NCBI GenBank assembly: GCA_028023455.1
Contig: JAQFVV010000006.1
Span: 7,936,001-8,000,000 of the forward strand
DNA length: 64,000 bases
Reading direction: 5' to 3'
Source of the DNA: Epiperipatus broadwayi
Taxonomy: Eukaryota > Animalia > Onychophora
Below, in pieces: positions 25,661-37,899 of this stretch. The position numbers and the translations under genes were made by a program. The number at the start of each line of letters is the position of its first letter. Within the stretch, counting starts at the first letter, position 1. The notes under the pieces are model-generated. The model worked only from the letters and a program-made list of their open reading frames with translations. It did no database searches and had not been told where the DNA came from.

Positions 25661-26133
25661 GTATTATGCATAGGATGGGAAATCTGTTACTAGTAAAAAT
25701 ATTGAGAAGTTGTGATATTTCTAATTTTTGTACATGTAAATTATTTATATCTGTCTTACTACAGTAATGAAGTAAACATTATCCCATATTTAATTTAAAA
25801 GTGATTCAAGTATATGTTATTAGAAATGTAGCAATTTCAGTTTGCAATGGCAATTTTTAATTGATTTTTTTGCCTCATAACACTATAGATGAAATTTATC
25901 TAAGAAACAACACATAAAAATCTCTTGTAAACCTTTCCGTATTTATATATAAAATATCAACTAAACTACAGTTCTATATAGTGCTTAACATATATCTTAT
26001 CATTCACTGTACTTAAGAAGTTATGAATTTATGTTGATTTTGGAGACCCATCAGTTTCTTGATTGATATATCAGAATATCTAAACTTAGCCATGTTTTTT
26101 CAATAGTGTCAAGATACGGCTTTAGATTTTTTT

Positions 26134-27005
26134 GGTTAGTGGCAATTAGGCCTCGCTCACCGCCTGATGTCGCTGTTGCTAGTCAAAAACTAATAGATAT
26201 AACATTATCAGGCTGATTTACAATTTACATTTTTTACAATTTACATTTTTCACATTACTACATGTCAATGCATAGTGCTGGAATTCGCTGGGAGAAGGAT
26301 CCGATGTATTTGCCGATCTGAAGGATCGTCCATCTCATGCGAGACCATTTTTAAAACATTATCCATCTCACCAGATAGTGCTGGAATTGGCAAGGAGGGG
26401 GATTCGATGGTTTTGACGATCCAAAAGATCGTCCACCACAACATACATAATATTTTTAAAAACAAAATTATTTAATAAAATCTAATATTTCCTTTTTTCA
26501 ATTAACGTCTACTCAAAAAAATTTTTTATTTCAACACTATTTTAAAACAATTTATGAAACATAATTCGATTTGAAAATTCCCCTCTGATTAAGCCAAACT
26601 TGTGGTTTGAAAGTCTCATAGCTGTCCCTGCACTAAATACGTTTTACGCGTGATTTCTTTATATTTTTGGAATGTACACTTTTGAAATTCATTTAACCTT
26701 AAAAATATGTGTACGAAAGCATGTCTTTTGTCTTACAATTAATATTATCTAAAACTATGTCAGGTCGTATAAAAAATAAATACTTCGAATGCACATGTAA
26801 AGACTTAGGACAACTTGAATTCTACACACCCTCACATCATATCGTAGTGATCTGTAAAATGTGCGATAGTACTGCAAAGCACAAAAGCTGCTTAGGGGCC
26901 AATATGAACAGAACTGTTCTATAGGCCGCATGAGCAGTATATTTCAGTGCTCTTGCATGGAAACAGTAACATCAGGTGGTGTGCGAGGGCTAATTGACAA
27001 CAACC
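26134..27005. mobile_element. MITE-like DNA transposon 1
   Basis: About 35-bp TIRs (GGTTAGTGGCAATTAGGCCTCGCTCACCGCCTGATG and its near reverse complement at 26970-27005). Two about 65-bp subterminal repeats. AT-rich 7-9 bp TSD-like flanks. Confidence 0.7.
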
Positions 27006-28282
27006 AATTTTTTTTGCCACTGCAATTCACGTCTACCTATAACCTGAATAGGATAGACTTATGCCACTTATAAGTACAGGTTCTACTGATTATACTTTTT
27101 TAAAAGTACGATAAAGGAATGATATAATGCAAAGGAAGTAATGTTGATTGGTATTAATTAATCGAAGGTTGAACACTCAGGAAGCCATGTGACATTCAAA
27201 TGCTGGAAGTGGCTGATTAGGTGTTAATCCAGATATCTTTATCTCTTGAATCTCTCAATAACCCATTGTGCAGAGCAGCAAAGAAATTAAAAACAACTTA
27301 AAAATAATGTGGAAAACAGACAAAGTGCATATGCTCGTGTAACTACTGCATATTCTGAGATTCAAACGAATTTTCAAAATAAAGACATTACTGAAAATTA
27401 TTATTAAGCAACAATAATAATCAGAAGAGACAGTATTTCATAAAAGCAGAAGTTTATCATCTAACAGACACTAGACATTCAAAAATAATACAACAAATAT
27501 ATTTAATTCTTATCCCCGAGGTAAATATTTAAACAAGCATTAATGTTACAGTTTGAATGCAATTTACATGCCAAAAACTCCTAAAAATGTTGATAAAGTG
27601 CAAAAATATGGGGTAAAATAAGCATTTAGCTACATATATCGGTACATTTAATTAACAATGGCAGATGAAATAATTTCAAAATGTCTTTCTAATAAAGTAT
27701 TGCAAAAAAAAAAAAAAATGAATCTAACCTGTATTCATGGTTGACAAAGCTACTGGAAAGCCATAGTGAATCGATCACCTATAAAAAAAAAAAAATACAA
27801 TTAAGAGTAATTAATGATTTCCATCAGTCATTCTTTAGATTAGAATATTACTCACTTAAAGAATATTTCTGCTCTGTTCGTGTGTACATCAAACCTGGCA
27901 GTGTTAAAGAAGACAAGTAAAAAAATAAACAGAAACAGACTGAACTGGCAGTTATGAACTGGCCAACAATGAAAGAGTAGAAGTTTTCCTAAGGAGGGTG
28001 TGTGGATTATAAATACCTGTTAGCTAATTAGCCTGTCTTCTTTAGGCATCGAAATGCATTTGCAAGTTTAGTAGACTTCAACCCTATAGTAATTACCCAG
28101 TAGAATCTTCTCTGAAGGTGAGGAAAGGTGGTGTAGGTCTTTAAAAAAGCCACCTTAGTCTACACTATAATTTTTGGACACCTTATGGCTCTAATTGTAA
28201 ACACTTATTGTATTGTTTCATGTATAATGTAATGTATTATTATTGTGTACTTAACTGTCATACATATAAGTGTATAAATTTT

Positions 28283-29210
28283 AGTTAGTTGTGCACTTTG
28301 TCCAATGTGGCCGCTCGAGGGGTTGTTTCTCTGCAAAAGCACAGAAATATGCTGTTTACATGGCCTAAGTTACAGCCTATAGAACAGTTATGTTCATATT
28401 AGCCATTAGCAGGCCTAGATGGTGTTGCACACAAATATTATGGCCAGACGATGTATTTGGCATCATTATGGAAATAGTGCACACTTTCACAGATCACTAC
28501 CATCAATGTGAGGGTGTATGGAAATTCAACTGGCCATAAGGGTTTTAATGTGCATTCGAAGTAACAATCTTAAAACTTACCTGACATACTATTACATACT
28601 AATAATTGTAAGCCTGTTGCGTTTTTCCCTACACATCTTGGAAGATAAAAAAAAATTGCAAAAGGGTAGGTCCCAGAACCATTTCACATAAGTCATGCAA
28701 AAAGGCATGTTTGCAGGAGAAGAGCTACGAGAGTAATAAAATGGTCTACCACTTCACGCTGAAAAGTTTGTTTGCTCAGACTAGCACATGTATTAGCTGA
28801 TCTTTCAGATCTGCAAACCATTGGACTCCCCTGGAAATTCCTGCACTATGCGCTGAAAGCTTGGTTTTCTCATATGAGTGCATGTATTGGCCGATCCTTC
28901 AGATCAGCAAAACCATCAAATCCCCTCCCTGCACATGCAAGAGCTATGTGCTGAAATGTATAATGTAATTATAAATTGTAATTTATAAAATGTTATTGAT
29001 TCATAAATTGCGGTATATGCTGAAATGTATAATGTAATTAAAAATGTAATTTATAAAATAATATTGGTTTGTAAATTTTTTAAAAAATATTTTAAAAAAT
29101 TGTCGGAGAACAGAAAGCAAAAAATTATCAGCCTGGTAATGTTATATTTCATTATTTTTGCAAGCAACAATATCATCGAGCAGCCACATTGGCCAAAGTG
29201 CACAACAACC
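28283..29210. mobile_element. MITE-like DNA transposon 2, inverted relative of element 1
   Basis: About 35-bp TIRs (AGTTAGTTGTGCACTTTGTCCAATGTGGCCGCTCGA and 29176-29210). AAATTTT on both sides. The interior is homologous to 26134-27005 in opposite orientation. Confidence 0.75.
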
Positions 29211-29286
29211 AAATTTTGTAACAATTGCAATTATATAAATTAATGCTTAATGCTATTAAATAAGAAATAACTAAATTGTGATAGAT

Positions 29287-31355
29287 CAGTGTTTCCCAAA
29301 GTGGACTATACCACCCCCCAGTAGGTGGCGTAGACATCGAGAGGAGCAATAGCAGGTAGAGAAGCATTTGGGGAGCATTCAGGTGGTCTAGTCTTTTCTC
29401 TGAATGCACCAATCATTGGCTTTAACTCGCTCTCAAACCACTAATTTTTACATTATTTTGCCAATTTTATGGTTACTTTATAAATTGTTTATGTGCAAGA
29501 AAATATGGGGGGAGATAGTCAGAGTAATTTTAAATTTTTACACATTTTTGATGGTTTTTTTTCCTCTATTAACAAGTTAAAAGGAATGCACGTTATTATT
29601 ATATAGCTAATTTAAAATTGTACTAATAGATAGAAGTGGTCATCCTATGCATTATATTTTTTGTTAAAAAAATAAATTAATTTAATGCCAATATTAGATG
29701 AGAGAATCTAAAAACTTGCCATATCTCAGATTTATTTTCTTTTTTGTTTTGAATCTTTTGTAAAGATGGAAAAAGCTATTTAATTGTATTAAAATTAGAA
29801 ACTATATGTAAAATGGAACTCCTTGAGAAATTAAAAGAATCTGAGTGGTCTTGCATTGGTAGTCGAGAGGTCGGCATGCGGGTTCGCGTCCCGACCAATG
29901 CTATTACACTTAAAAAAAAAAGAATCTGAGTGGAAAATGAAAGAAAAGCAAGATAAAAAGGCATAAAAATCTATATCAATTGTGTTATGATCAATTATCC
30001 AAGAAATTTAGAGATAATGGCTGTAATAGTGAAAGAGGGGTACTCAATTTGTATTGCTATAGGGGGGGGGGTCTCTTCTGAGTTTATTGTTTTCCTTGCT
30101 ATGTTTGTTTGCTGGCTGGTTAAGGGTTTGCTGAACTAAGAGTAATATCCTAGTTATAAAGCAGTGGAGAACTGTATGAAAGAAGACAGAGCTGAGCCTA
30201 GCTTCAAATTATAGTCTGTCCAGAATTGCATGATCGACTCTTGGTTGGCTGCTGTCATTATTATAAAGATTTCTAGAGGAAGCTGAGAAATATAAAAATG
30301 CCTAAATTTTATCATTAAAATGCTAATGAAGTAAACTCCCAATGTTGATGCACCAGTCAGACTTCTAGGCTGCTGTCATGTAGCAACAGCTGCTAGACTG
30401 ATGAGGATGAACACCTTAATGCCTACATTTTTCTGTGACAGGAAGCCCTCATCACCTTGTTGTCATGGTTTATAGTGCACTTAAAAGTTACTAAGTCCAG
30501 AGATGGTTAATGGAAAGAAACCAGAAGGAAGATGGATGGTATAATTTATTTATTTTTTAATTTATTATCATTATATCTTGTTGTTATAAATTTTATTGTA
30601 TTTTTTTTTAATTATTTGTATTTTTTTTTTGTTTCTCTATAAATTATCATTTGATTTTTCTACTTTAAAACAGTTCTACCAAATTAATTTCTGGAATGCT
30701 TGTGTGTATTCCAAGGCATGTATATATATATATACATATTTGTTTGTTGTTGGTGTTTGCTTTTACCACACTCTTCTATTTGAGAAAAGAGAAACTTATT
30801 TTGCTTGAAATTATTATTATTATTATTTTAATCTTTGTATGTGATTATTGAAAATTTATTGACATGCTGATTTGGTTTTTTTTTTTGGGGGGGGGGGGAG
30901 GGTTGCTGGTGGTGGTATTTCTTTTTTGAAAGTGACACATAAAGGTGAGGTTTACGTTCAGCCTTTCAAAGATATACCGCCTAAAACTTTGTGGTACTAA
31001 TTAGCAGGGTATTAGAGTTTTGGATAGACAAAAATCAGGAAATGTAATCGATTTTGGTTAGATTTCACTCATTTAAACTTAAATTTAATAACTTTACAGT
31101 TGTTTTTCTCTTGTTATTGATATTGAGTTTATGTTGATGCCTTATTCCAATGCATGACATTGACATCATATTATATTTTGTGTGCATTGTATGAATTATG
31201 GAGTAGGCATCATCTGGTACAGTATCATTAGTAGCTATTTAAATCCAAAATATCAAACAGATTGAATGCAGAAAACTGTTATACTTAGGAGGGTCCATTA
31301 CAAAATTTATGTCTTGCAAAGCGAGCGATGGCCTGAAAAAGTTTGGGAATCTATA
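29287..31355. mobile_element. Putative non-autonomous hAT (Charlie-like) element with nested insertions
   Basis: Left end CAGTGTTTCCCAAAGT and right end ...AAGTTTGGGAATCTATA. 8-bp TSD TGATAGAT/TGCTAGAT with 1 mismatch. Confidence 0.5.
29849..29917 (+). mobile_element. Retroposed, internally deleted tRNA-Gly-like RNA with A-tail and 16-bp TSD
   Basis: Acceptor stem GCATTGG/CCAATGC and T-arm GGGTTCGCGTCCC. TSD AAAAGAATCTGAGTGG at 29833-29848 and 29918-29933. Confidence 0.85.
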
Positions 31356-31394
31356 TGCTAGATCAATAATCAATTCATAGCAATTTCTGTGGGG

Positions 31395-31560
31395 TAATTT
31401 TCATATATCCCACTTTCATGTAATGCAGGAACTGGTTTCTATCCACTTTTAACACCTTGTGAAGGGATGTAATCATAAACATATGACCAAAGATATATTA
31501 CAAAGGTGTATAATCCCCAAGGCGCACATTTCATACTGGACCAGCATTCATCAAAACCAG
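31395..31560 (-). mobile_element. Family B subfamily copy with degenerate hammerhead (about 31517-31556)
   Basis: Reverse complement of 20935-21093. Confidence 0.7.
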
Positions 31561-32364
31561 TCCTTACATTAGATGAGAGTGGTGTAATCAAAATAATAGA
31601 AATATTACAATATAAATTTTCTTGCTCTCTCTCTCTCTATATATATATATATAGATATATATAGTATGTGTGTATGTGTATGTATATTCATATCTACATA
31701 TATATTAAATTATGTAAGCAAAAAAATCACTAAAATATTATTAACATTCTTTGTCATAGGGTATCAATACATGCAATCAATAAAAAATTGAAAAAACTAA
31801 AATGTATGGTTATTGATGAAGAGTATGACCTATATAACTGTTCAAACAGATTGACTTAGGTCTAAAATCTTTGACCATTTTGAATTTTCAGACTTTCAGC
31901 TTAAATAATAAAGTGAAGTTAAATGTGAGTATGCATAACTCCTTCATTTGTAGCTTTGAATCCAAAATCTCATGGGAAAGGCAAAAGCCAGCCACAGGTC
32001 TAGGTATGGATGTTTAAATGAACTACTCTCTGTTAATGACTGATTACTGAACTTTACTGTAGGTGGCACTAGAGTAAAGAGCTGTTCATGTTTTATCATA
32101 TATTATATAAGTAAAGAATTGAGTGATTTGTTATTACTAACATGCCTATGCTGAGATGTAGATGATCGTAAGTAATATAAAAAAAACTGGGAGTTGCTGA
32201 CTTGACATTAGATCTAAACAATTGTTCAAGAAAATCAACTTATGTTTAAATCTGTAGGTATTTCCCATATTCAGGCTTTTAGCTTGAATAGTAAAACAGA
32301 ATTAATAACCACATATCAGTAGTCGAGATGCATAACTACATATCTTCCAACTTTGAATCCAAGC

Positions 32365-32401
32365 ATCACTGATGAAAGAAAAACTCAGGAATCAGTCTGG
32401 A
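32365..32401 (+). ncRNA. Degenerate family A-like hammerhead
   Basis: atca-CTGATGA-aagaaaaactca-GGAA-TCAG-TC-tgga. A more decayed relative lies at about 31935-32005. Confidence 0.4.
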
Positions 32402-32558
32402 AGGGAATTTTAATGCAGTACTATGCGGTAATTTTTAATTACAACCTATAGATAGCATTAGTGTAGAGAACTATTCTTGTTTATCATATATTGGTTATAT
32501 ATATATATAATTCAAATAAAATGTCCATTACTTAAAAAAAACTATTGTAATAACAATG

Positions 32559-32600
32559 GCAGCTGAGGCAGGTCAAGGAATTAACCGAAAGTACTTCTGC
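32559..32600 (+). ncRNA. Hammerhead-like motif, family I
   Basis: gcag-CTGAGGC-a-ggt caaggaatta acc-GAAA-GTAC-TT-ctgc. Perfect 4-bp stem I and palindromic stem III; A9 is altered. Confidence 0.5.
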
Positions 32601-33147
32601 AGAGACTGAAAGACCGTATATATATTAGTTAATTATCATTATATTTGTTGTTTTTATTGTTATTATATATATAGAGAGAGAATACTTGAATAACCAATCA
32701 ACCAATTAAAGGTTAATAGAGAAAATTAAAAATTAAATCGTACTCATATATTTATAACTCATCTTCCAATCCTCAGCTAAAGGATCCTATTTTCTATTGA
32801 CTCAAATATATTGAGGGTACAACATACAGACATGTGAAAATGGCAAGACAGTACTCACATATAAATATATATGGTCACATAAAACATAATGTCAATGTTG
32901 ATAATGAATCAAATTTCTAATTTATTAATATTTCAAGTTAAAGGGAATGCAGTATATGAGAGGTTATGAAGAATTATAAATTAGTAAATGCTAAAATGCA
33001 CACTCGGAAACATTTCAGCATTTCTAAGTCAAAAATTATTTTAGAGTAAAAGTAAACTTGACAAAATATGCTAGACAATTACAATTTACTATAATTAAAT
33101 CTTTTACAAAAATGATTTGTATAAAGACTAATTATTGTTATTTACAG

Positions 33148-33230
33148 TGTGGTTTGACCCAGGGTGTTTTGTATATGTTTATTTTAATTCTTGGCCTGGG
33201 GCAGTTGGCTTTTATTAGCTATTGTTCTAG
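33148..33230 (+). CDS. Candidate internal exon, hydrophobic peptide CGLTQGVLYMFILILGLGQLAFISYCS
   Basis: tttacag acceptor and gtaaaa donor; one open frame. No partner exons or protein family identified. Confidence 0.3.
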
Positions 33231-33896
33231 GTAAAATACTTTCTAATCATAAATGGATAACTCCATACATTACATATTTCAAACAAATAAATGAAGGCAT
33301 CAGGGACAATCAAAGGATTCACAGAAGTTGACATTGGTTCAGCAGTAATGACTGTAGGGTATCATCTACCTTATTCTTTTGTTTTAGTTTTTTTGAAATG
33401 CAATAAAACGGAAGTTTTCAAATATACTGTATATTAAAAGTTTATTTATGTAATTTTACATATTGAGATACCGGAGTTGTTTTAAGAAGGTGGAAATGGT
33501 CAATTAGTATCCATCATGGTCAAGGATTATCATTTGGTTATAATACCTTATTGTCTAATTGTCTTAACCAGCATTCTAGAAATTTAGCCTGTATATGAGC
33601 AGTTTATAAAAGCAAACACATTAGATAGTAAACAATAGTAATATAAAAGATTAATCAAAAAATGAGCTAATTATTAATTTAAAAAGTATTTTCAAATTGC
33701 AATCATTATACAACATTTTCTTTCTGGGTGAATTATTAATATTAAATAATAATAACAATGATGATGATGTGTCTGTTTTTTATGACTCCTGCTATTCTGT
33801 TTCTGTATTCGTTTCCATTCACAATTTTTCATACAAAATATATGTATAATAAAATCCCTATTTTTTCTGAAGTCTGAATATGTTTGTCCATAAAGC

Positions 33897-33946
33897 TTTA
33901 CTGGAGCGCCCTCTGAATTTTTTCATTCAGAGGGTGCTCCAGTAAA
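33897..33946. other. Isolated 22-bp hairpin with 6-nt loop
   Basis: tttactggagcgccctctgaat-tttttc-attcagagggtgctccagtaaa, with one G-U pair. Confidence 0.9.
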
Positions 33947-36615
33947 TAATCTTATTCTATAAAATCTGTACTTTCTCTGTTATCTGTAACGCTGTCAAAT
34001 TCTCAACAAAATATCATTTTATTTATAAAGAAAACTATGCGTAACTATACATAACTTAACACTTCAGAAATGTATCTTACAGGGTCCATTTCTAAAGTAC
34101 ACCAAATAGGCCGGGTTATTCCAAAAAAAAAATTTTTTTTTTCAATTTTTCAATAGTGAATTTCTCATATTTATTTATATAATATTAAAACCTTTTGTTT
34201 ATTTTACATTAAGTCTTTTAAAAAAATTATTAAATTAACTAATTTAAAAAAACGAAGGTCTAGCCATAGGCCGGGTATAAACTCGTATATATATTTTCCA
34301 TAAGATTACAATTTACTTCAATACTATTAAGAATCCACCATTGAAATATAATTAAAATTCTACAGTACTAGACAAAAAAGAGTTAATTCAAATCAAGTTT
34401 AAATATGCTTTACAATATAATCGATATATAAACATTTAAATTACAACTTATACATAAGTATTGCTTATTACATTTTAGTGACATTTATAGAGGCATTTCA
34501 TTGATAACCTGAAAACATTATTTAGAAAACAATAATCGCCTCTAATATTTAACTTTCGCCTTGCAATCTTCAACTATTAATGCCAGGTGTCCATAAAGAG
34601 GGCGCTTGTGTATTTGATAGATCAATCTAAGATCTTTCAGTTCTGCAAGTGAATATAAGATCGCTGACAGACTGAACAGCCTCGGGGCTTTTATCAGAAA
34701 ACTATACAATTTCCATTTCCCCATTAATAAATATATTACAAGCAAGACAGCTATTGAAAAGGAAAAAAAAGAATAATTTTGAAAAGCTATTAATGAATTT
34801 TAAGAAAATCTCAGATATAATATTTAAATTCTTGAGAATTAATGTTACACAACTAAAATTGTATAATTAGTTTGGCTTTTAAAAATCAGTAGTTACACAT
34901 CACGTAGATAAAACTTTTTCATTCATTTGTTTGTTTAATGTATGCTCGCACGCATACACACACTCTATGAGTGCAGTCGTGATGCTAAACTTTTAATACA
35001 TTTCCCTTAACACAAGTATGTAACTGCTGAAGGTATATGCTAAAATATATAGCTAAAATTGGTAGTAATAAAAAGTAATGCTAACAAGGATCACGTGATG
35101 ATCAAAGTATTTTATTGTCTTTTATTCTACCAGCTTTCCTTTCCAGTAGAGAATTTAACAACTAAATACATACAATATAAAATAAAATTTAAAGAAAACC
35201 CTTTCCCTAATTTTAATGCAGCTATAGAAAATTGAATTCAGGATCTAAAGGGTATATATTGTAGCGTCAACCAGCACTTTCGATGATTCAACTTCCTTTA
35301 AATTCCCAAGTAGTGATCCGTTCAATTAAATATATTTACATTGATTAAAAACATATACAAGGTATCAATTAAGTATGCAAGTAGTAGCCATAGTAAAATG
35401 GGACTAGTAATTTTGGGGGCCTCAAAAAGATTACAGTTTTTTTATGCATACATCTTGTCAGGATTAATATTATTAGAATAAAAACCAATCTGCAAACTTT
35501 TTGTTTACATGCATGGGATATAATCAGTTCTCTGTTTATCACAGTCAATTCAAGCATGTAAGATGAAATTAATTTTAACAAGTTAAAAACATTAACATTT
35601 TCCACCAGTTTTTCTTTTTACTCCTTTTATCTCTTCCCCTTTCAGTGGAGCATTACAATCTGGGCTCTGGTATTTTGTATAGTTTGTTCTATCTTATGAC
35701 CAGGCCTAGACAATAATTACAAAACAAAAATGGAATTGACTACAGGTCCACCCTAAATACTCCAAACAAGAATATAGTTTGATTTTAGTAATAATCAAAT
35801 ACACTTTTGGATATGACTCCAGTGTTCTGTTACCAGAACATTGTTAGTATTCAAAGATATAATTTCACTGCATGTGCACACCAATGTTGATAATCAAAAA
35901 CTTCTGAATCACATGATCAGATTCATGGCATTTTTTTTTTTTTTTACATTTTGTATTAAACCTGCTTCTTCTGTCTGTCCTTTACATAATATGACAGACA
36001 ATCAAATCACTCTCTGGCATTGCGGAGACAAGAGTGAAGTGAAATATAGGCAGAATTGTTATAAGATCACTTATCCTAACACAATGGTGGCCAATCTTTC
36101 ATGCCAAACAGTTTTTAAAAGGATGGGGGGGGGGGGATGATAAAATACTTAATCATCAGACATTAAGAAATATTTAAAAATTAACATAGAACTTGATAAG
36201 GGTGAATTCATAACTTAATATAAATTTTGCCATATAAAAATCAACAACTATTTATTAATGAGATTTCGCTTTTGTACCTTGAATAAAAAATGTTTTATAT
36301 CAGGTTCACATTTGATCACTTTTAGTAATACATATGACAAAATAGATTCATCAGTTATTTTCTGTGATAATAGGACTGTTTCCATCTCCTATCCGTAAAT
36401 GTTGGATGTATAGAAACTTTTAACCTTTATTTAAACTTCTCAAATACAAACTTGTTAGTAATAACACACAAATAGACAACACAGGTTAGTAATTACACAA
36501 CATTTCAAATAGTAATATACCTATCAGTATTTCTTTTTTAAAACGAGTAAAGATTTTGTGAGTGACATTCCAATTCCACACTATTTATCTCCCACATTTA
36601 CTTTAATTAGTCTTA

Positions 36616-36862
36616 AGTTTTAAATTGCGCTTTACGCAAAAAAGTGAGGCTTATTATTATTAGAAAAGAATTATGCGGCTGAGCGCTTTCAGAGAACCTA
36701 AGTCTCCATATTCATAGCCTCCTTTAAGCGAAGTTTAGTGGTAATTTATGCAGTTTTCTTTCATAAAGCGCTCAGTCATATAATTCTTTTCTAATACTTT
36801 TTTGCGTAAAGAGCAATTTAAAACTTACAACTCAAAGGTGAAGTAAAAAACAAGGATTTTAT
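36616..36862. mobile_element. Family G fold-back insertion with 14-bp TSD
   Basis: TTTAATTAGTCTTA at 36602-36615 and 36863-36876. Arms about 36615-36689 and 36765-36827. Uninterrupted paralogous target at about 37460-37560. Confidence 0.85.
36677..36719 (-). ncRNA. Hammerhead variant, family G (A3-U8 core)
   Basis: ggcu-AUGAAUA-U-ggaga cuuaggu ucucu-GAAA-GCGC-UC-agcc. Confidence 0.7.
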
Positions 36863-37663
36863 TTTAATTAGTCTTATAATCAATCATTTTCTATTATTTC
36901 CAGTCATTTCTCGAATGAACAAGTTTCTGTGTCAATATAGAACTGGATTGAAAGTATACATTTACTAATAGATGATGGAAATAGTCCAACATATTATCAC
37001 ATCTAATAGATCATTGTCACAAACCTTCTGGAAAATATCATCAGTTATTCTATTTCTTCATTTCATAATAATCGTAAGGGAATTATCCCCTGCACATGTA
37101 TGAATTTACAAAGCAGAGGAATACTCTCACTTTCTAAACACAAGATAGAGTCTTCGGAATAATAAGCATGGACCCAACTTATCTTTTTTACCTAAATGTA
37201 TGTACATAGGCCAATCTTAAGTATTTAGGAATGAAAGTGTGAAAATCTTAATGGATCACTTTTAATTCCATTCACTATATACAGCGTGTGGGTAGGGGGT
37301 GATTCACTTATAACTATTCCAAATGAAACAATAGTGCCAGATAAATAAACAATTAGTTGCGTACATTTAAAATTCATTTCAGAAAATAATGACTCACAAG
37401 AGTATGTGCATGTGCAAATTGTTAATATATCCATCAATAGTTTAAAAAAAAAAACAAGTTAAGATTTTGTGAATGGCATTTCAATTCCTCATAATTTATT
37501 TTCCACATTTACTTTAGTTCGTCTTATAATCAATCATTGTCAATTATTTTCAAGTCATTTTTCAAATCATTTTTTTTCTGTTTTTATGTAGTACTGGATT
37601 GATTTAATAAATATTTCTACATTTGTCAACTATTAAGTTTTAAACTTCTCTCACGATAATTAT

Positions 37664-37818
37664 AATAAAATAAAATTAGGAGCATGTGACGCGCTGGAGA
37701 GGGAAGCTATAAAGAGTATAATTATAAGACTAAGCTGCTGATTATTTTATAGTCTTATAATGGTGCTCTTTATAGCTTCCCTCTCCAGCGCTTCACATGC
37801 TCCTAATTTTATTTTATT
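37664..37818. repeat. Young fold-back, 69-bp arms with 17-nt loop
   Basis: 37664-37732 and 37750-37818 differ by about 4 mismatches. Confidence 0.9.
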
Positions 37819-37899
37819 ACATTTATCAACAGAACAGGGTTTTTTTTTTCCATAGTTACAAATATTTTTTATTAGCTAAATGTTTTAAATACTAAATGT

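Noticed and set aside
26134-29210. A single 3-kb fold-back transposon
   Set aside because: Each half has its own TIR pair and flanking duplication, so two sister elements explain it better.
30390-30420. CTGATGAGG...CC as a hammerhead
   Set aside because: No GAAA or stem I/III support.
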